This document shows, in pieces, positions 50,376 to 60,052 of a stretch of 64,000 bases of DNA (positions are counted from its first letter, which is position 1; every line of letters starts with the position of its first letter). The translations under genes were made by a program, and so were the position numbers. The stretch lies in the NCBI GenBank assembly GCA_903908245.1, contig CAIVRE010000033.1, positions 18,172 to 82,171 on the forward strand, in the 5' to 3' direction. Under the pieces are notes generated by a model. The model was not told where the DNA came from. It searched no databases and worked only from the letters and a program-made list of their open reading frames with translations. Source of the DNA: Candidatus Omnitrophota bacterium (GTDB lineage: Bacteria; Omnitrophota; Gorgyraeia; Zapsychrales; Fredricksoniimonadaceae).

Positions 50376-52658
50376 GTGTTTATGTGGACAGCGTGGATCT
50401 GGATCATATCGATCATTGCCACCATGTATATCGCGGACCAGAAAAAGATCGGGATGGCGGGGTTCGTTTGCCTGTCGGTCTTTACAGGGCCGTTGGCGGT
50501 GATCATCGCGTTGCTTGTTCCGGCGAGGAACGGGGATCCGGGGGTGTGCGGTATCAATGGCCTTGAGGGGGCGAAACAGCAATTGCATGAGGTCCGGAAT
50601 TCCTTGCGTTCTCTTGAGGCCAAAGCGAACAGGATCGAAGAGTTGATCGTAAAGCTGTCTTCGTGCGTTGACATCCCTGCGGTTGACGGGAAGGACCTTG
50701 TGCCGCCGGCGGTGGATATGCCGCTGTCAGAGCCTGGGAGCATTCAGCCGCCTGTCGGTCCGGTCAAGCGGCGGGACATGGAGCTGGATTTCGGACGCAA
50801 CTGGCTGAGCAAGATCGGGATCGCTGTCCTGGCATTGGGGGTCGCGTTCCTTATCAGCTATTCGTTCAAATATTTCGGGCCGTTCCTGAAGATCGCGTTT
50901 GGTTATGTGGTCGGCGGCGCGCTTTTTGTCACCGGGCTCAGGCTGGAGGGGAAGGAACGGCTCAGGAATTTCGGCCGGGCTCTTCTGGGCGGCGCGTGGG
51001 CCATTATTTATTTTACGACGTATGCGATGTATCATTTCGAGGCCTCACGGATCGTCACAAGCCAGGGGGCGGATGTATGCCTGTTGGCCCTGGTGGTGGC
51101 GGGGATGATGGCGCATGTCTGGAAATACCAGTCGGAACGGATGATGTCGGTGGTGCTTTTTGTGGCGTATTTAACGTCAACTATCGGACAGATCTCCATG
51201 TTCACCCTTGTGAGTTTATTGTTCCTGGCCGTTCTGGTATTGTTCCTGGTCTATCGGTTCCAATGGGTCAAGACGCTTTCGATCGGGATCATTTTGACTT
51301 ATGGGATCCACGTGGTCTGGGTTGTCCCCAATCTTCTTTCTTCGGCAAGGGGAGGCATGCCTTTTGGGCTGGCGGCATCCGATTATTACGTGTTCATGAA
51401 TTTTATTTTCCTCTCGTGTTACTGGGCCGTTTTTTTCGCCGGGGTCCATGTTGTGAAAGCTGTCAAGGACCCGGCCCTTGAACGGTCGCTGGCGGTGACG
51501 AATTTTGCCAATATTGCGGCCTACAGCATTTTGGCGTATCCTTTGATCCTGAAATTGTTTGATGTCCAGCGTTCGGTGGTTGTTTTTGTCGCCGGGCTGC
51601 TTTACCTGGCGTGTGCTGGCTGGATGAAGAAATGCGAACGGCCAAAAATGTTCGTGAGTGATATTGTTGCCGCCGTCTTTGCCATGACCTTTGCGGTCGC
51701 GCTGAAGTTCCTGCCGGCCACGACATTGCTTGTATGGATGATCGAGGTCCCGTTCCTTCTGTTTATCGGCGTGAATTTCAAGGAAAAGATCTTCCGTTAT
51801 TGCAGTTATGCCCTGGCGGGGATCGTTGCGTTGAGGCTTGTGTTCCTGGGATCCCGGTTTATGCCGGAGGTGTATTTCCTGGGGGTCGCCTGGGCCTGGT
51901 ACGGGTTCATGTGTTTTTGGGCCAGCATATCGATGGCGGTATGTTTTTATTTGACCAGGACAATGAAGGCGGATCCGCAAACCAATGAGTGGGACGTTGC
52001 GTTCGATCATTTGTTTTCGTTCGCCGCCGCGTTTTACTTTTCATTCTGGGTCTGGTCGTGGGTGAGCCAGCCCTGGACCGCTTTTTCGGTATTGATGCAG
52101 GGTATTGTGCTGACGGGGATCGGAGTTATTCTGGGGTTGAGGCGGTTTCGGGTGTATGCTTATCTGGCGATGCTGGCCGGCGCGGTGATCTTCCTTCTGG
52201 AGGCAGTTATGCCGGCGAGCGATATGTTGAAATGGCTGATCGTCAGCGGCAATGTGCTGACGATGTTCGGGTTTTACGGCGCGGTTAAACGCATAAAACA
52301 GAAGAGGCCGGCGGAATTGTTCTTTGAAGGGGAAGCCGGGCTGGCGCTTGTGGCCGGGCTTATTGTTCTGGTGGCGGCTGTTTACCAGTATGTTCCGTCG
52401 CAATGGGATTCGCTGTGCCTTGGGTTTGCCAGCGTTGCCGTGATATTGACAGGATTTTTTGACGGGAACAAGACGGAGCGGATGGGGGGAATGGCCTTGC
52501 TGGCGCTGACCCTTGGGCAGGTGGTCCTTGTTGACCTGTCGGGCCTGGATATTGTTTTCAAGATCATTACGCTCATCGTCCTGGGCGTTCTGTTTTTAGG
52601 GGTTTCTTATATTTATAACCGGTTTAGCGAGGAGCGTCATGACGATCCTGGGGCTTAA
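50376..52658 (+). CDS. DUF2339 family multi-pass membrane protein
   Basis: ELDFGRNWLSKIGIAVLALGVAFLISY, many TMs, C-terminal VDLSGL...LGVLFLGVSYIY. Start may be 50382. Confidence 0.8.
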   Translation: MFMWTAWIWIISIIATMYIADQKKIGMAGFVCLSVFTGPLAVIIALLVPARNGDPGVCGINGLEGAKQQLHEVRNSLRSLEAKANRIEELIVKLSSCVDIPAVDGKDLVPPAVDMPLSEPGSIQPPVGPVKRRDMELDFGRNWLSKIGIAVLALGVAFLISYSFKYFGPFLKIAFGYVVGGALFVTGLRLEGKERLRNFGRALLGGAWAIIYFTTYAMYHFEASRIVTSQGADVCLLALVVAGMMAHVWKYQSERMMSVVLFVAYLTSTIGQISMFTLVSLLFLAVLVLFLVYRFQWVKTLSIGIILTYGIHVVWVVPNLLSSARGGMPFGLAASDYYVFMNFIFLSCYWAVFFAGVHVVKAVKDPALERSLAVTNFANIAAYSILAYPLILKLFDVQRSVVVFVAGLLYLACAGWMKKCERPKMFVSDIVAAVFAMTFAVALKFLPATTLLVWMIEVPFLLFIGVNFKEKIFRYCSYALAGIVALRLVFLGSRFMPEVYFLGVAWAWYGFMCFWASISMAVCFYLTRTMKADPQTNEWDVAFDHLFSFAAAFYFSFWVWSWVSQPWTAFSVLMQGIVLTGIGVILGLRRFRVYAYLAMLAGAVIFLLEAVMPASDMLKWLIVSGNVLTMFGFYGAVKRIKQKRPAELFFEGEAGLALVAGLIVLVAAVYQYVPSQWDSLCLGFASVAVILTGFFDGNKTERMGGMALLALTLGQVVLVDLSGLDIVFKIITLIVLGVLFLGVSYIYNRFSEERHDDPGA

Positions 52659-52875
52659 GAATGGCGAAGCGTTCATTGTCAGGCGGGTAACGATCTCAAG
52701 AGAGATCGGCAAGCGGCTGGCGGATATGGGATTTGTCCGCGGGGCAAAAGGGCGCATTGTCCGAAGCGCAATGCTGGGGGACCCTATCCAGGTCAAGATA
52801 TGCGAGTATGATGTTTCGATCCGCCGGTCCGAAGCGGATGGCATTGAGGTTGAGATGGTAGAGGAGAAAAAATGA
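52639..52875 (+). CDS. feoA: Ferrous iron transport protein A
   Basis: RLADMGF..G, AMLGDPIQV, SIRRSEA. Confidence 0.92.
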   Translation: MTILGLKNGEAFIVRRVTISREIGKRLADMGFVRGAKGRIVRSAMLGDPIQVKICEYDVSIRRSEADGIEVEMVEEKK

Positions 52876-54914
52876 ACAGGGTGATCACGATCGCGTTGGC
52901 CGGGAATCCCAATACCGGCAAGACCACGATCTTTAATTCCATGACCGGCAGCCACCAGAAGGTCGGGAATTACGCCGGGGTTACGGTGGAGAAAAGGGAA
53001 GGCCGGCGGAAATACAAGGGGTATGATTTTCATATCCATGACCTTCCCGGTGTTTACAGCCTGACCGCCTATTCGATGGATGAAGTGGTGGCCAGGGATT
53101 TCATTATTAATGAAAAGCCGGACGTGGTGATCGATGTTCTTGATTCAACCAATATTGAACGGAATTTATACCTTTGCCTTCAGTTCCAGGAGCTGAATGT
53201 CCCGATCGTTGCGGCGTTGAACTTGAATGATGAAGCCGTCAGCCGCGGCATTCAGATCGACGAGAAAAGGCTGTCCGAGATCCTGCGGATGCCGGTGATC
53301 AAAACGATCGGTAAGAACGGGGCCGGTGTTGAGGCTCTCCTGGATAAAGCTGTCGAAGTTTTTGAGCGGAAAGAAAAGCCGGATTATGAGGTCAGTTACG
53401 GGCATGAGCTGGAGGGGGATATTCAGGTCGTGATCGCGTCCCTGGAAAAGGATGGAGCCTTCTGCGCACGTTATCCGGTGCGCTGGTGTGCGGTCAAGTT
53501 GATCGAAAAAGACGCACGCGCGGAAGAGCTCCTTGAGTCGCATGCTTTTGCCGATGGCGTTAAGGCGGCCCTGAAAGAACGGGTGCGGCGTATTGAGGAG
53601 CATTTTGGGCGTGACGCATCGACCGTGGTTTCCGAGCAGCGTTACGGATATATTCATGGGGCCACGGCAGAGGCGGTGACACGGAGGCCGGTTGACAAGC
53701 AAACGGTCACTGAAAAGATCGACCGGGTCCTTATGGACCGGGTCCTGGGGTTCCCTCTTTTTCTTTTGATCCTCTGGCTGGTCTTTCAGACAACGTTTAC
53801 GCTGGGCGCTTATCCGATGGGCTGGATCGAAATGTTTTTTGGCGGATTAAGTTCCGTGGCGACGGCGTTTATTCCGGAGGGTATCCTGCGTTCGCTGGTG
53901 GTCGACGGGGTTATTGCCGGCGTGGGGGGCGTGTCGTCCTTTATCCCTCTTATTGTCCTGTTGTTCATGTTCATTTCCATTCTTGAGGATTCCGGCTATA
54001 TGTCACGCGCGGCGTTCATTATGGACAAGTTCCTGCATATTTTTGGATTGCACGGCCAGTCATTCCTGCCGATGATCGTGGGAGTCGGCTGTTCTGTCCC
54101 GGCCGTGATGGCGGCGAGGACCCTTAAGAACGCGCGCGACCGGATCATTACCGTTATGGTGACGCCATTTATGAGCTGTGGCGCCAAGCTGCCGGTGTAT
54201 GTGTTATTGGCGGGGGCGTTCTTTCCCAGGTATGCGGGTACTGTCGTTCTGTCCATGTATGTCGTGGGCACTTTACTGGCGCTTTTTTCATCACTGCTTT
54301 TTCGGAAGACTGTTTTGCGCGGAGAATCAACGCCGTTCGTGATGGAGTTGCCGCCTTATCGTTTGCCGACGGTCAAGGGTATCCTGTGGCATGTTCGCGA
54401 GAAAACGTTCGGCTATCTGAAAAAAGCCGGGCTGGTCCTTCTTCCGGCATCCATGCTGATCTGGGCGGTGACATCTTTTCCGAAGCCTGCATTGGACGTG
54501 CCGAAAGATGTGCAGATGGCTCAAAGTTACGCCGGGAAGATCGGCAAAGAAATGGCTCCGGTCCTTGCTCCGATCGGATTTGACTGGAAGATCGGCATTG
54601 CGGCCATTACCGGTTTTGCGGCCAAGGAGATGGTGGTGTCAACGATGGGCGTGCTTTATCGGGTAGAAGCCGGGCCTGATCGGAAATCCGACAGCTTGCG
54701 TGAAGCCTTGCGGCGGGACCCTGCGTTTAGTCCGCTGGTGGCTTATGTCCTTATGTTATTTATGTTGATCGTTGTTCCGTGCTTTGCCTCGCTGTCTGTT
54801 ATTTACGCGGAGATCGGCTGGCGCTGGCTTCTGTTCGCCGTCACTTACTGGACAGCGTTGGCATGGTTATTATGTTTCATTGTTTTTCAAACAGGGCGCC
54901 TACTGGGGTTCTAG
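52872..54914 (+). CDS. feoB: Ferrous iron transport protein B
   Basis: GNPNTGKTT, VGNYAGVTVE, DLPGVYSL, EDSGYMSRAAF, PFVMELPPY. Confidence 0.96.
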   Translation: MNRVITIALAGNPNTGKTTIFNSMTGSHQKVGNYAGVTVEKREGRRKYKGYDFHIHDLPGVYSLTAYSMDEVVARDFIINEKPDVVIDVLDSTNIERNLYLCLQFQELNVPIVAALNLNDEAVSRGIQIDEKRLSEILRMPVIKTIGKNGAGVEALLDKAVEVFERKEKPDYEVSYGHELEGDIQVVIASLEKDGAFCARYPVRWCAVKLIEKDARAEELLESHAFADGVKAALKERVRRIEEHFGRDASTVVSEQRYGYIHGATAEAVTRRPVDKQTVTEKIDRVLMDRVLGFPLFLLILWLVFQTTFTLGAYPMGWIEMFFGGLSSVATAFIPEGILRSLVVDGVIAGVGGVSSFIPLIVLLFMFISILEDSGYMSRAAFIMDKFLHIFGLHGQSFLPMIVGVGCSVPAVMAARTLKNARDRIITVMVTPFMSCGAKLPVYVLLAGAFFPRYAGTVVLSMYVVGTLLALFSSLLFRKTVLRGESTPFVMELPPYRLPTVKGILWHVREKTFGYLKKAGLVLLPASMLIWAVTSFPKPALDVPKDVQMAQSYAGKIGKEMAPVLAPIGFDWKIGIAAITGFAAKEMVVSTMGVLYRVEAGPDRKSDSLREALRRDPAFSPLVAYVLMLFMLIVVPCFASLSVIYAEIGWRWLLFAVTYWTALAWLLCFIVFQTGRLLGF

Positions 54915-54916
54915 CG

Positions 54917-55078
54917 ATGGCATGGGCTGTTATTGAAAAGATCATTGTTGCGGTCCTGCTGATGGCGTCGGCATCCTATTTGGGATGGCGGGCGTACAGG
55001 TCCGTGTTCAAGAAGAACTCCGATGGTTGTATTTGTGACGGGTGCCCCTCCTCTGCTTCCTGCAGCAAGAAGAAGTAA
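54917..55078 (+). CDS. FeoB-associated Cys-rich membrane protein
   Basis: 53 aa: TM followed by GCICDGCPSSASC, directly after feoB. Confidence 0.75.
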   Translation: MAWAVIEKIIVAVLLMASASYLGWRAYRSVFKKNSDGCICDGCPSSASCSKKK

Positions 55079-55101
55079 TGCCTTTGGCAGATTTTAATCA
55101 A

Positions 55102-55152
55102 TTGACAGGGAAATCTTTCAGAGTAAGATTGTTATGCACCATAGTGCATAAC
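55102..55152 (+). promoter_or_regulatory. Sigma70-like promoter with palindromic operator
   Basis: TTGACA (55102), TAAGAT (55124), then GTTATGCAC-cata-GTGCATAAC (55131-55152). Confidence 0.7.
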
Positions 55153-55166
55153 TTCAGGGAGGCCTT

Positions 55167-55505
55167 GTGAGACCGAAGAAGACCAGATGGGTTAAGTGTT
55201 TGCCGGGCGAACGGTGTTTTCGTCCCAAGTGCAAGAAACCGGGGGAGTTGGACGGTGTTGTATTGACCATGGATGAGTTTGAAGCGATCCGTCTGGCTGA
55301 TCTTGAGGAGCTTACGCATGCGCAGGCGGCTGAATTGATGAAAGTCTCCCGTTCAACATTTACAAGGATACTCGCCAGGGCACATATGAAGGTGGCGGAT
55401 GGTTTGGTTAATATTAAGGCCATTAAGATCGAAGGCGGGTGTTGCAAGGTTTCAGGAGGGGCTAGAAATGAGCAAGTCTTCAACAAAAGAATTATCGTTC
55501 CTTGA
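55167..55505 (+). CDS. DUF134 (UPF0251) HTH protein, Cys-rich
   Basis: RPKKTRWV...FRP...[53 protein letters not shown]; GTG start. Confidence 0.87.
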   Translation: MRPKKTRWVKCLPGERCFRPKCKKPGELDGVVLTMDEFEAIRLADLEELTHAQAAELMKVSRSTFTRILARAHMKVADGLVNIKAIKIEGGCCKVSGGARNEQVFNKRIIVP

Positions 55506-56529
55506 TCGTTACCTGACGCTGTGGATACTTCTGGCCATGGGGATCGGCGTGGGCGTTGGCTTCTTCACACCGGGGATCGCGGGATTTTGGGATCAGTTTC
55601 AGTCAGGATCGACCAATATCCCTATTGCCATTGGACTTATTCTGATGATGTATCCGCCGCTGGCCAAGGTGAAGTATGAAGAGCTGGGGGATGTGTTCAA
55701 GGATTATAAGATGCTGATTCTTTCGCTTGTGCAGAATTGGGTGATCGGGCCGATCTTGATGTTCATTCTGGCGATCGTATGCTTGCGTGGCTATCCGGAA
55801 TATATGGTTGGATTGATCCTGATCGGGCTTGCGCGGTGTATTGCAATGGTCATTGTGTGGAATGATCTGGCTGACGGAGATACAGAGTATTGTGCGGGGC
55901 TGGTGGCATTTAATGCTGTTTTTCAGGTTTTGTTTTTTTCAGTGTATGCGTGGGTCTTTATTACGATCCTGCCTGGCTGGTTCGGCCTTAAGGGCGCTGT
56001 TGTGAATATTACGATCCTCCAGATCGCGAAGAGTGTTTTTATTTATCTGGGGATCCCTTTTCTGGCAGGAATGATCTCAAGGGTTGTTTTGCTCAGGTTA
56101 AAAGGCAGGGCATGGTATGAGCAGGTGTTCATTCCGTGCATTAGTCCGATGACTTTGATCGCGCTCCTTTTTACGATCTTCGTGATGTTCTCAATCAAGG
56201 GAGAGTATATCGTGAAGATCCCGATGGATGTGCTGCGTATTGCGTGGCCATTGCTGATCTATTTTGTGGTGATGTTCTTCTTTTCATTCTGGATGAGCCG
56301 GAAAGCCGGGGCGGATCACGGTAAGTCCGTGACCTTGTCTTTTACTGCTGCCAGCAATAACTTTGAGTTGGCTATCGCCGTGGCTATTGCGGTATTTGGT
56401 ATAAATTCAGGAGTGGCTTTTGCTGCGGTCATTGGGCCTCTGATCGAAGTTCCGGTGATGTTGCTCCTGGTTAACGTGGCAAGGGCCTTTCAAAAGAAGG
56501 CGGAGTTTGTCCAATCGTGTTGTTCGTAA
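55468..56529 (+). CDS. acr3: ACR3 family arsenite efflux transporter
   Basis: [54 protein letters not shown]; AGGAGG before ATG 55468. Confidence 0.95.
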   Translation: MSKSSTKELSFLDRYLTLWILLAMGIGVGVGFFTPGIAGFWDQFQSGSTNIPIAIGLILMMYPPLAKVKYEELGDVFKDYKMLILSLVQNWVIGPILMFILAIVCLRGYPEYMVGLILIGLARCIAMVIVWNDLADGDTEYCAGLVAFNAVFQVLFFSVYAWVFITILPGWFGLKGAVVNITILQIAKSVFIYLGIPFLAGMISRVVLLRLKGRAWYEQVFIPCISPMTLIALLFTIFVMFSIKGEYIVKIPMDVLRIAWPLLIYFVVMFFFSFWMSRKAGADHGKSVTLSFTAASNNFELAIAVAIAVFGINSGVAFAAVIGPLIEVPVMLLLVNVARAFQKKAEFVQSCCS

Positions 56530-56540
56530 AGAGGTGACCT

Positions 56541-56963
56541 ATGGCAAAGGAAAAGGTTCTGTTCGTTTGTATCCATAATTCGGCCAGAAGTCAGATGGCC
56601 GAGGAGTTGTTGCGTAAGTTGGGCGGGGACAAGTTTGATGTCGAGAGCGCCGGCATTGAACCGGGGAAGCTGAATCCGGTCGTCATTGAAGTACTAAAGG
56701 AGATCGGCATCGATATTACCGGCAAGAAGACCCAGTCCGTCATGGATCTTCTCAAGCAAGGCAGGCTTTACAGTTATGTGATCACGGTTTGCGACGAAAC
56801 CAGCGCCGAGCGTTGCCCGGTATTTCCCGGCTCTGCCAAGAGGCTGCACTGGGGATTCATTGATCCGTCAAAGTTCGATGGGGCTCCGGAAGAGAAACTG
56901 GAAAGGACAAGGGTTGTTCGTGACCAGATCAGGCAAAAGATCGTTGACTGGCTTAAGTCATGA
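56541..56963 (+). CDS. arsC: Arsenate reductase, LMW-PTP (thioredoxin) type
   Basis: FVCIHNSARSQMAE, ITVCD...CPVFPG, HWGFIDPS. Confidence 0.93.
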   Translation: MAKEKVLFVCIHNSARSQMAEELLRKLGGDKFDVESAGIEPGKLNPVVIEVLKEIGIDITGKKTQSVMDLLKQGRLYSYVITVCDETSAERCPVFPGSAKRLHWGFIDPSKFDGAPEEKLERTRVVRDQIRQKIVDWLKS

Positions 56964-57062
56964 TCGGGGGGCAATTCGTGCGGGCGTATGTTAAGATTGC
57001 CGAGGCGTTAATATAAGGAAAAATGTTGAAGGTTAATTGTCCGAGATTGAAGGAGAAATTCA

Positions 57063-57410
57063 ATGTCAGTTGAGAAAGCTAAGGCGCATTATATAGGGAA
57101 ACCGGGGTATAATAAACTCAATTGTGCCCAGACGATCGTGCACGCGTTTAAAGACGAATTTGCATTGTCTCCAAGCGTAGTGGAGCAGTGCGCCACCTGT
57201 AGCGGTGGTCGTGCGCCGGATGGAGAATGCGGCGCGTTGTATGCTGCAAGAATTCTTCTTGAAAAGCGTGACCCTGTGCAGATCCGTCATTGCGAGAGCG
57301 TGTTGTTGTCTGCTGCCGGGTCGACGAAGTGCCGCGAGATCCGGGCCGCAAAGAAATTGTCATGCGTTGGGTGTGTGGAAACGATCGCGCAGTGCATTGA
57401 AAAGGCTTAA
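57063..57410 (+). CDS. C-GCAxxG-C-C family putative redox protein
   Basis: NCAQT, ECGALYAA, GSTKCREI, CVGCV. Confidence 0.75.
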   Translation: MSVEKAKAHYIGKPGYNKLNCAQTIVHAFKDEFALSPSVVEQCATCSGGRAPDGECGALYAARILLEKRDPVQIRHCESVLLSAAGSTKCREIRAAKKLSCVGCVETIAQCIEKA

Positions 57411-57554
57411 GGATGTCGCTTGAGGAGGCAGTGGTCGATGCGGGCGCGTCTAGGTCATTTCTGTTTTTGTTCTTTACCGGAACGCTGTTTTTGCTATATA
57501 CTTCTACATGTAGTCGGTAAAATTTCTCGGTGAAAAATTTTAAAGGGGAGAGAT

Positions 57555-58931
57555 ATGCGAAAAACAGGCAAGTGTTTCTTGGCAATTCTCATGTCTGCTG
57601 TTTTTTCTTTCGGATACGCGATGCCCGCGGGGGCCCAGGTCACGCTTGAGGACCTGCTCAAGCGCGTCGAAGCGCTGGAGGCGGAAAACACCTCATTAAA
57701 AGCGGAAGTCGGCGCGCTTAAGGGCGCCCAGGCGTCACAGGCCGCGGACGTGGCTGAAGTGAAGGCTAAGGCCGTGTCCGTGGCGGCCGCACCGGCGGCA
57801 TCAGCCGCGCCATCGGGTAACTTTCTTAAGACCGGGCTGGATATTTCGCTTTTTGGTTTCCTGAAAGCGGATGCGATTGTTTCAAGCCGTGAGATGGGGA
57901 CCGGCAATTTAACGGTCACTCAGACGAATGCTCAGCGTCCGACGGCGGCTTACGGGGATGATCCGCAAACGCGCATTATCGGGTCGGATACCCGCCTGGG
58001 GCTCAATATCAAGGCGCCTGATATGGATAACGGCGGAAAATTGACCGGCAAGTTCGAGATGGATTTCGGCAGTTCCAACACCACGCAGGGGAATTACACG
58101 CCTCGACTTCGCCTGGCTTATGCCCAGCTGGATTTTGACAAGTGGGGTGTGAACGGCGGTCAGAATTGGGATATTTTTGCGCCGATCAATCCCAACACGA
58201 TCTCTCCTGGCATTCTTTATCGGGCGGGGAACCTTGGCACCCGTCATCCGCAGGCGCACCTTATTAACAAGTGGGGCGATGTCCTTGGCGGTAAAGTGAC
58301 GTCCAAGGTGGGTATTATTGATTCCGAGGATACGACCCAGGAAGATTCCGGGATACCGGTTGCGGCCGCGTATGTGGGGTACGAGAAGGATATCCTTGGG
58401 GTAAAATCCACTTTTGGTGTCGGCGGAATGTATGGGAAGCTGAATCTGGGAGGTTCCGGTACGGATAATGAGGACATTTATGCCACAACGGTCGGAATGA
58501 CGCTTAAGTTCACGGATTGGCTGGCGTTCAAGACCGAAGGGTTCGGCGGTGCAGGGCTTAACAAGTTTTATGGCGGACCGACGCAGACAACGGCAGCCAG
58601 CGACCCAACCACTCCGTTGACGCTGGCGAACAGTCCCGGCAAAGCCATCCCTGTCAGAGGCGGGTTTGCGGAATTGACATTTAATCCGATCAAGAAGGTG
58701 GAGACCAATTTTGGTATCGGCCTGGATGATGTCAGCAAGGCTCTGGCGTATACTGCGGCTGACAAGGCGGCTGTCTGGGATTATAACAAAACTTATTATA
58801 CCAACCTGAAATACAGTTTAAGCAAGGACCTGATCGTCGGTATAGAATATCAGAGGTTCAATACGAAATGGATGGATGGCGTGAAGGCGGGCGATAATCG
58901 TATCGATTCAACGGTCATCCTGAAATTTTAA
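57555..58931 (+). CDS. Outer-membrane porin with N-terminal coiled coil (DcaP-like)
   Basis: Signal peptide, coiled coil (LLKRVEALEAENTSLK), FGFLKADA, TRLGLNI, GKFEMDF, RLRLAYAQL, GQNWD, C-terminal Phe. Confidence 0.8.
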   Translation: MRKTGKCFLAILMSAVFSFGYAMPAGAQVTLEDLLKRVEALEAENTSLKAEVGALKGAQASQAADVAEVKAKAVSVAAAPAASAAPSGNFLKTGLDISLFGFLKADAIVSSREMGTGNLTVTQTNAQRPTAAYGDDPQTRIIGSDTRLGLNIKAPDMDNGGKLTGKFEMDFGSSNTTQGNYTPRLRLAYAQLDFDKWGVNGGQNWDIFAPINPNTISPGILYRAGNLGTRHPQAHLINKWGDVLGGKVTSKVGIIDSEDTTQEDSGIPVAAAYVGYEKDILGVKSTFGVGGMYGKLNLGGSGTDNEDIYATTVGMTLKFTDWLAFKTEGFGGAGLNKFYGGPTQTTAASDPTTPLTLANSPGKAIPVRGGFAELTFNPIKKVETNFGIGLDDVSKALAYTAADKAAVWDYNKTYYTNLKYSLSKDLIVGIEYQRFNTKWMDGVKAGDNRIDSTVILKF

Positions 58932-59002
58932 CCATCCCTGTACCGGGGATAGCGGCAGGCGTTTGAGCGGGACCGGTCACGGGAAATAACGAGGCGCCTG
59001 GA

Positions 59003-60052
59003 ATGGGCTCGGATATAAAACAAAGAATGCCGTCGGATTTCAAGCAGGGCAGCCGGTTTACTTTTGACGGCCGCACATGGGTTGTTACGGAATATACGGT
59101 TTCTCCCGGCCAGGGCGGTTATGACGAACGGCAATGGACCATTCAGGACGAGCAAAACCAGGCGGTGGCGTATCTGCTGGCCTGTGAGTCGGATGACAAC
59201 GGTTTTAACAGCGAACGGTGGGAATTCACCCGGCAGCTTGTCATGTCCGAGGTGAGCAATACCGAAGATAACGGACGGCCGTTCGCGGAACAAATGATGC
59301 CTCGTATCCCTCCGAAGGAAGTGTCTTGCCGCGGGCAGTTGTTCACGCTCAAGGAATCTTATACGACGAAGGCGGAAGATGATGAAGGCAATACAGTGCC
59401 CAAAGAGACGTGGGATTATTTCGACAGCACCGGGGTCAGGAACCTGGCCTTCGAGATCTGGAAAGAGCCGGACAGGGATTATCCCGAGGTTTATTTGGGT
59501 AACATGATCGATCCGGCAGGGCTTGTTTATGCCGGTTCAAAAACTGCTGTGGCTTTGAAGGGCGGGAATGGCCTGTGGGGCGGTTTAATGGTCGTGGGGG
59601 TCCTGTTCATCAGCGGAGTTCCGGGCGACCTGCTTTTGTCCTTTGCTTTGCCGGCCATGGCCCTTGCCGTGGCGTTTTCCCTTTCTCTTGTTTGTTCGCT
59701 GGTGGTGCTCGCGGGCGCCGCGATCAACAGCCTTTTTCTTTTGACGTTCTTTTTTAATATGCCGGGGTTGTTCATCGGAGTGATCACTGTCGGGCTTGTA
59801 ACGGGCAGCGTGGTCCTCGCCGCGTCAATGAACAATGATATCGCACCGCATATCCTGTGGATCTCGGGATTGGCCGCCTTCATTTCGACCATCATTTACA
59901 GTTTTATTGTTTATTTCAGGTTTGCACCGGCTCCGCATAATGTGGCCCAGCTGGGTGCGGTCGTTCTTCTGCCGGTGGTTATTGCCGGGACAACGGCGCT
60001 GGTCAACGGGGGGCTTCGTTATTTATGGCCAAGTATCGAGTCGAACGCATAG
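59003..60052 (+). CDS. DUF4178-like domain protein with C-terminal TM helices
   Basis: GSRFTFDGRTWVV, TWDYFD...LAFEIW...EVYLG, then hydrophobic segments; DUF350/spermidine synthase context. Confidence 0.65.
   Translation: MGSDIKQRMPSDFKQGSRFTFDGRTWVVTEYTVSPGQGGYDERQWTIQDEQNQAVAYLLACESDDNGFNSERWEFTRQLVMSEVSNTEDNGRPFAEQMMPRIPPKEVSCRGQLFTLKESYTTKAEDDEGNTVPKETWDYFDSTGVRNLAFEIWKEPDRDYPEVYLGNMIDPAGLVYAGSKTAVALKGGNGLWGGLMVVGVLFISGVPGDLLLSFALPAMALAVAFSLSLVCSLVVLAGAAINSLFLLTFFFNMPGLFIGVITVGLVTGSVVLAASMNNDIAPHILWISGLAAFISTIIYSFIVYFRFAPAPHNVAQLGAVVLLPVVIAGTTALVNGGLRYLWPSIESNA

Noticed and set aside
58932-59002. Possible riboswitch before the DUF4178 cluster
   Set aside because: Only weak pairing and no recognisable aptamer consensus.
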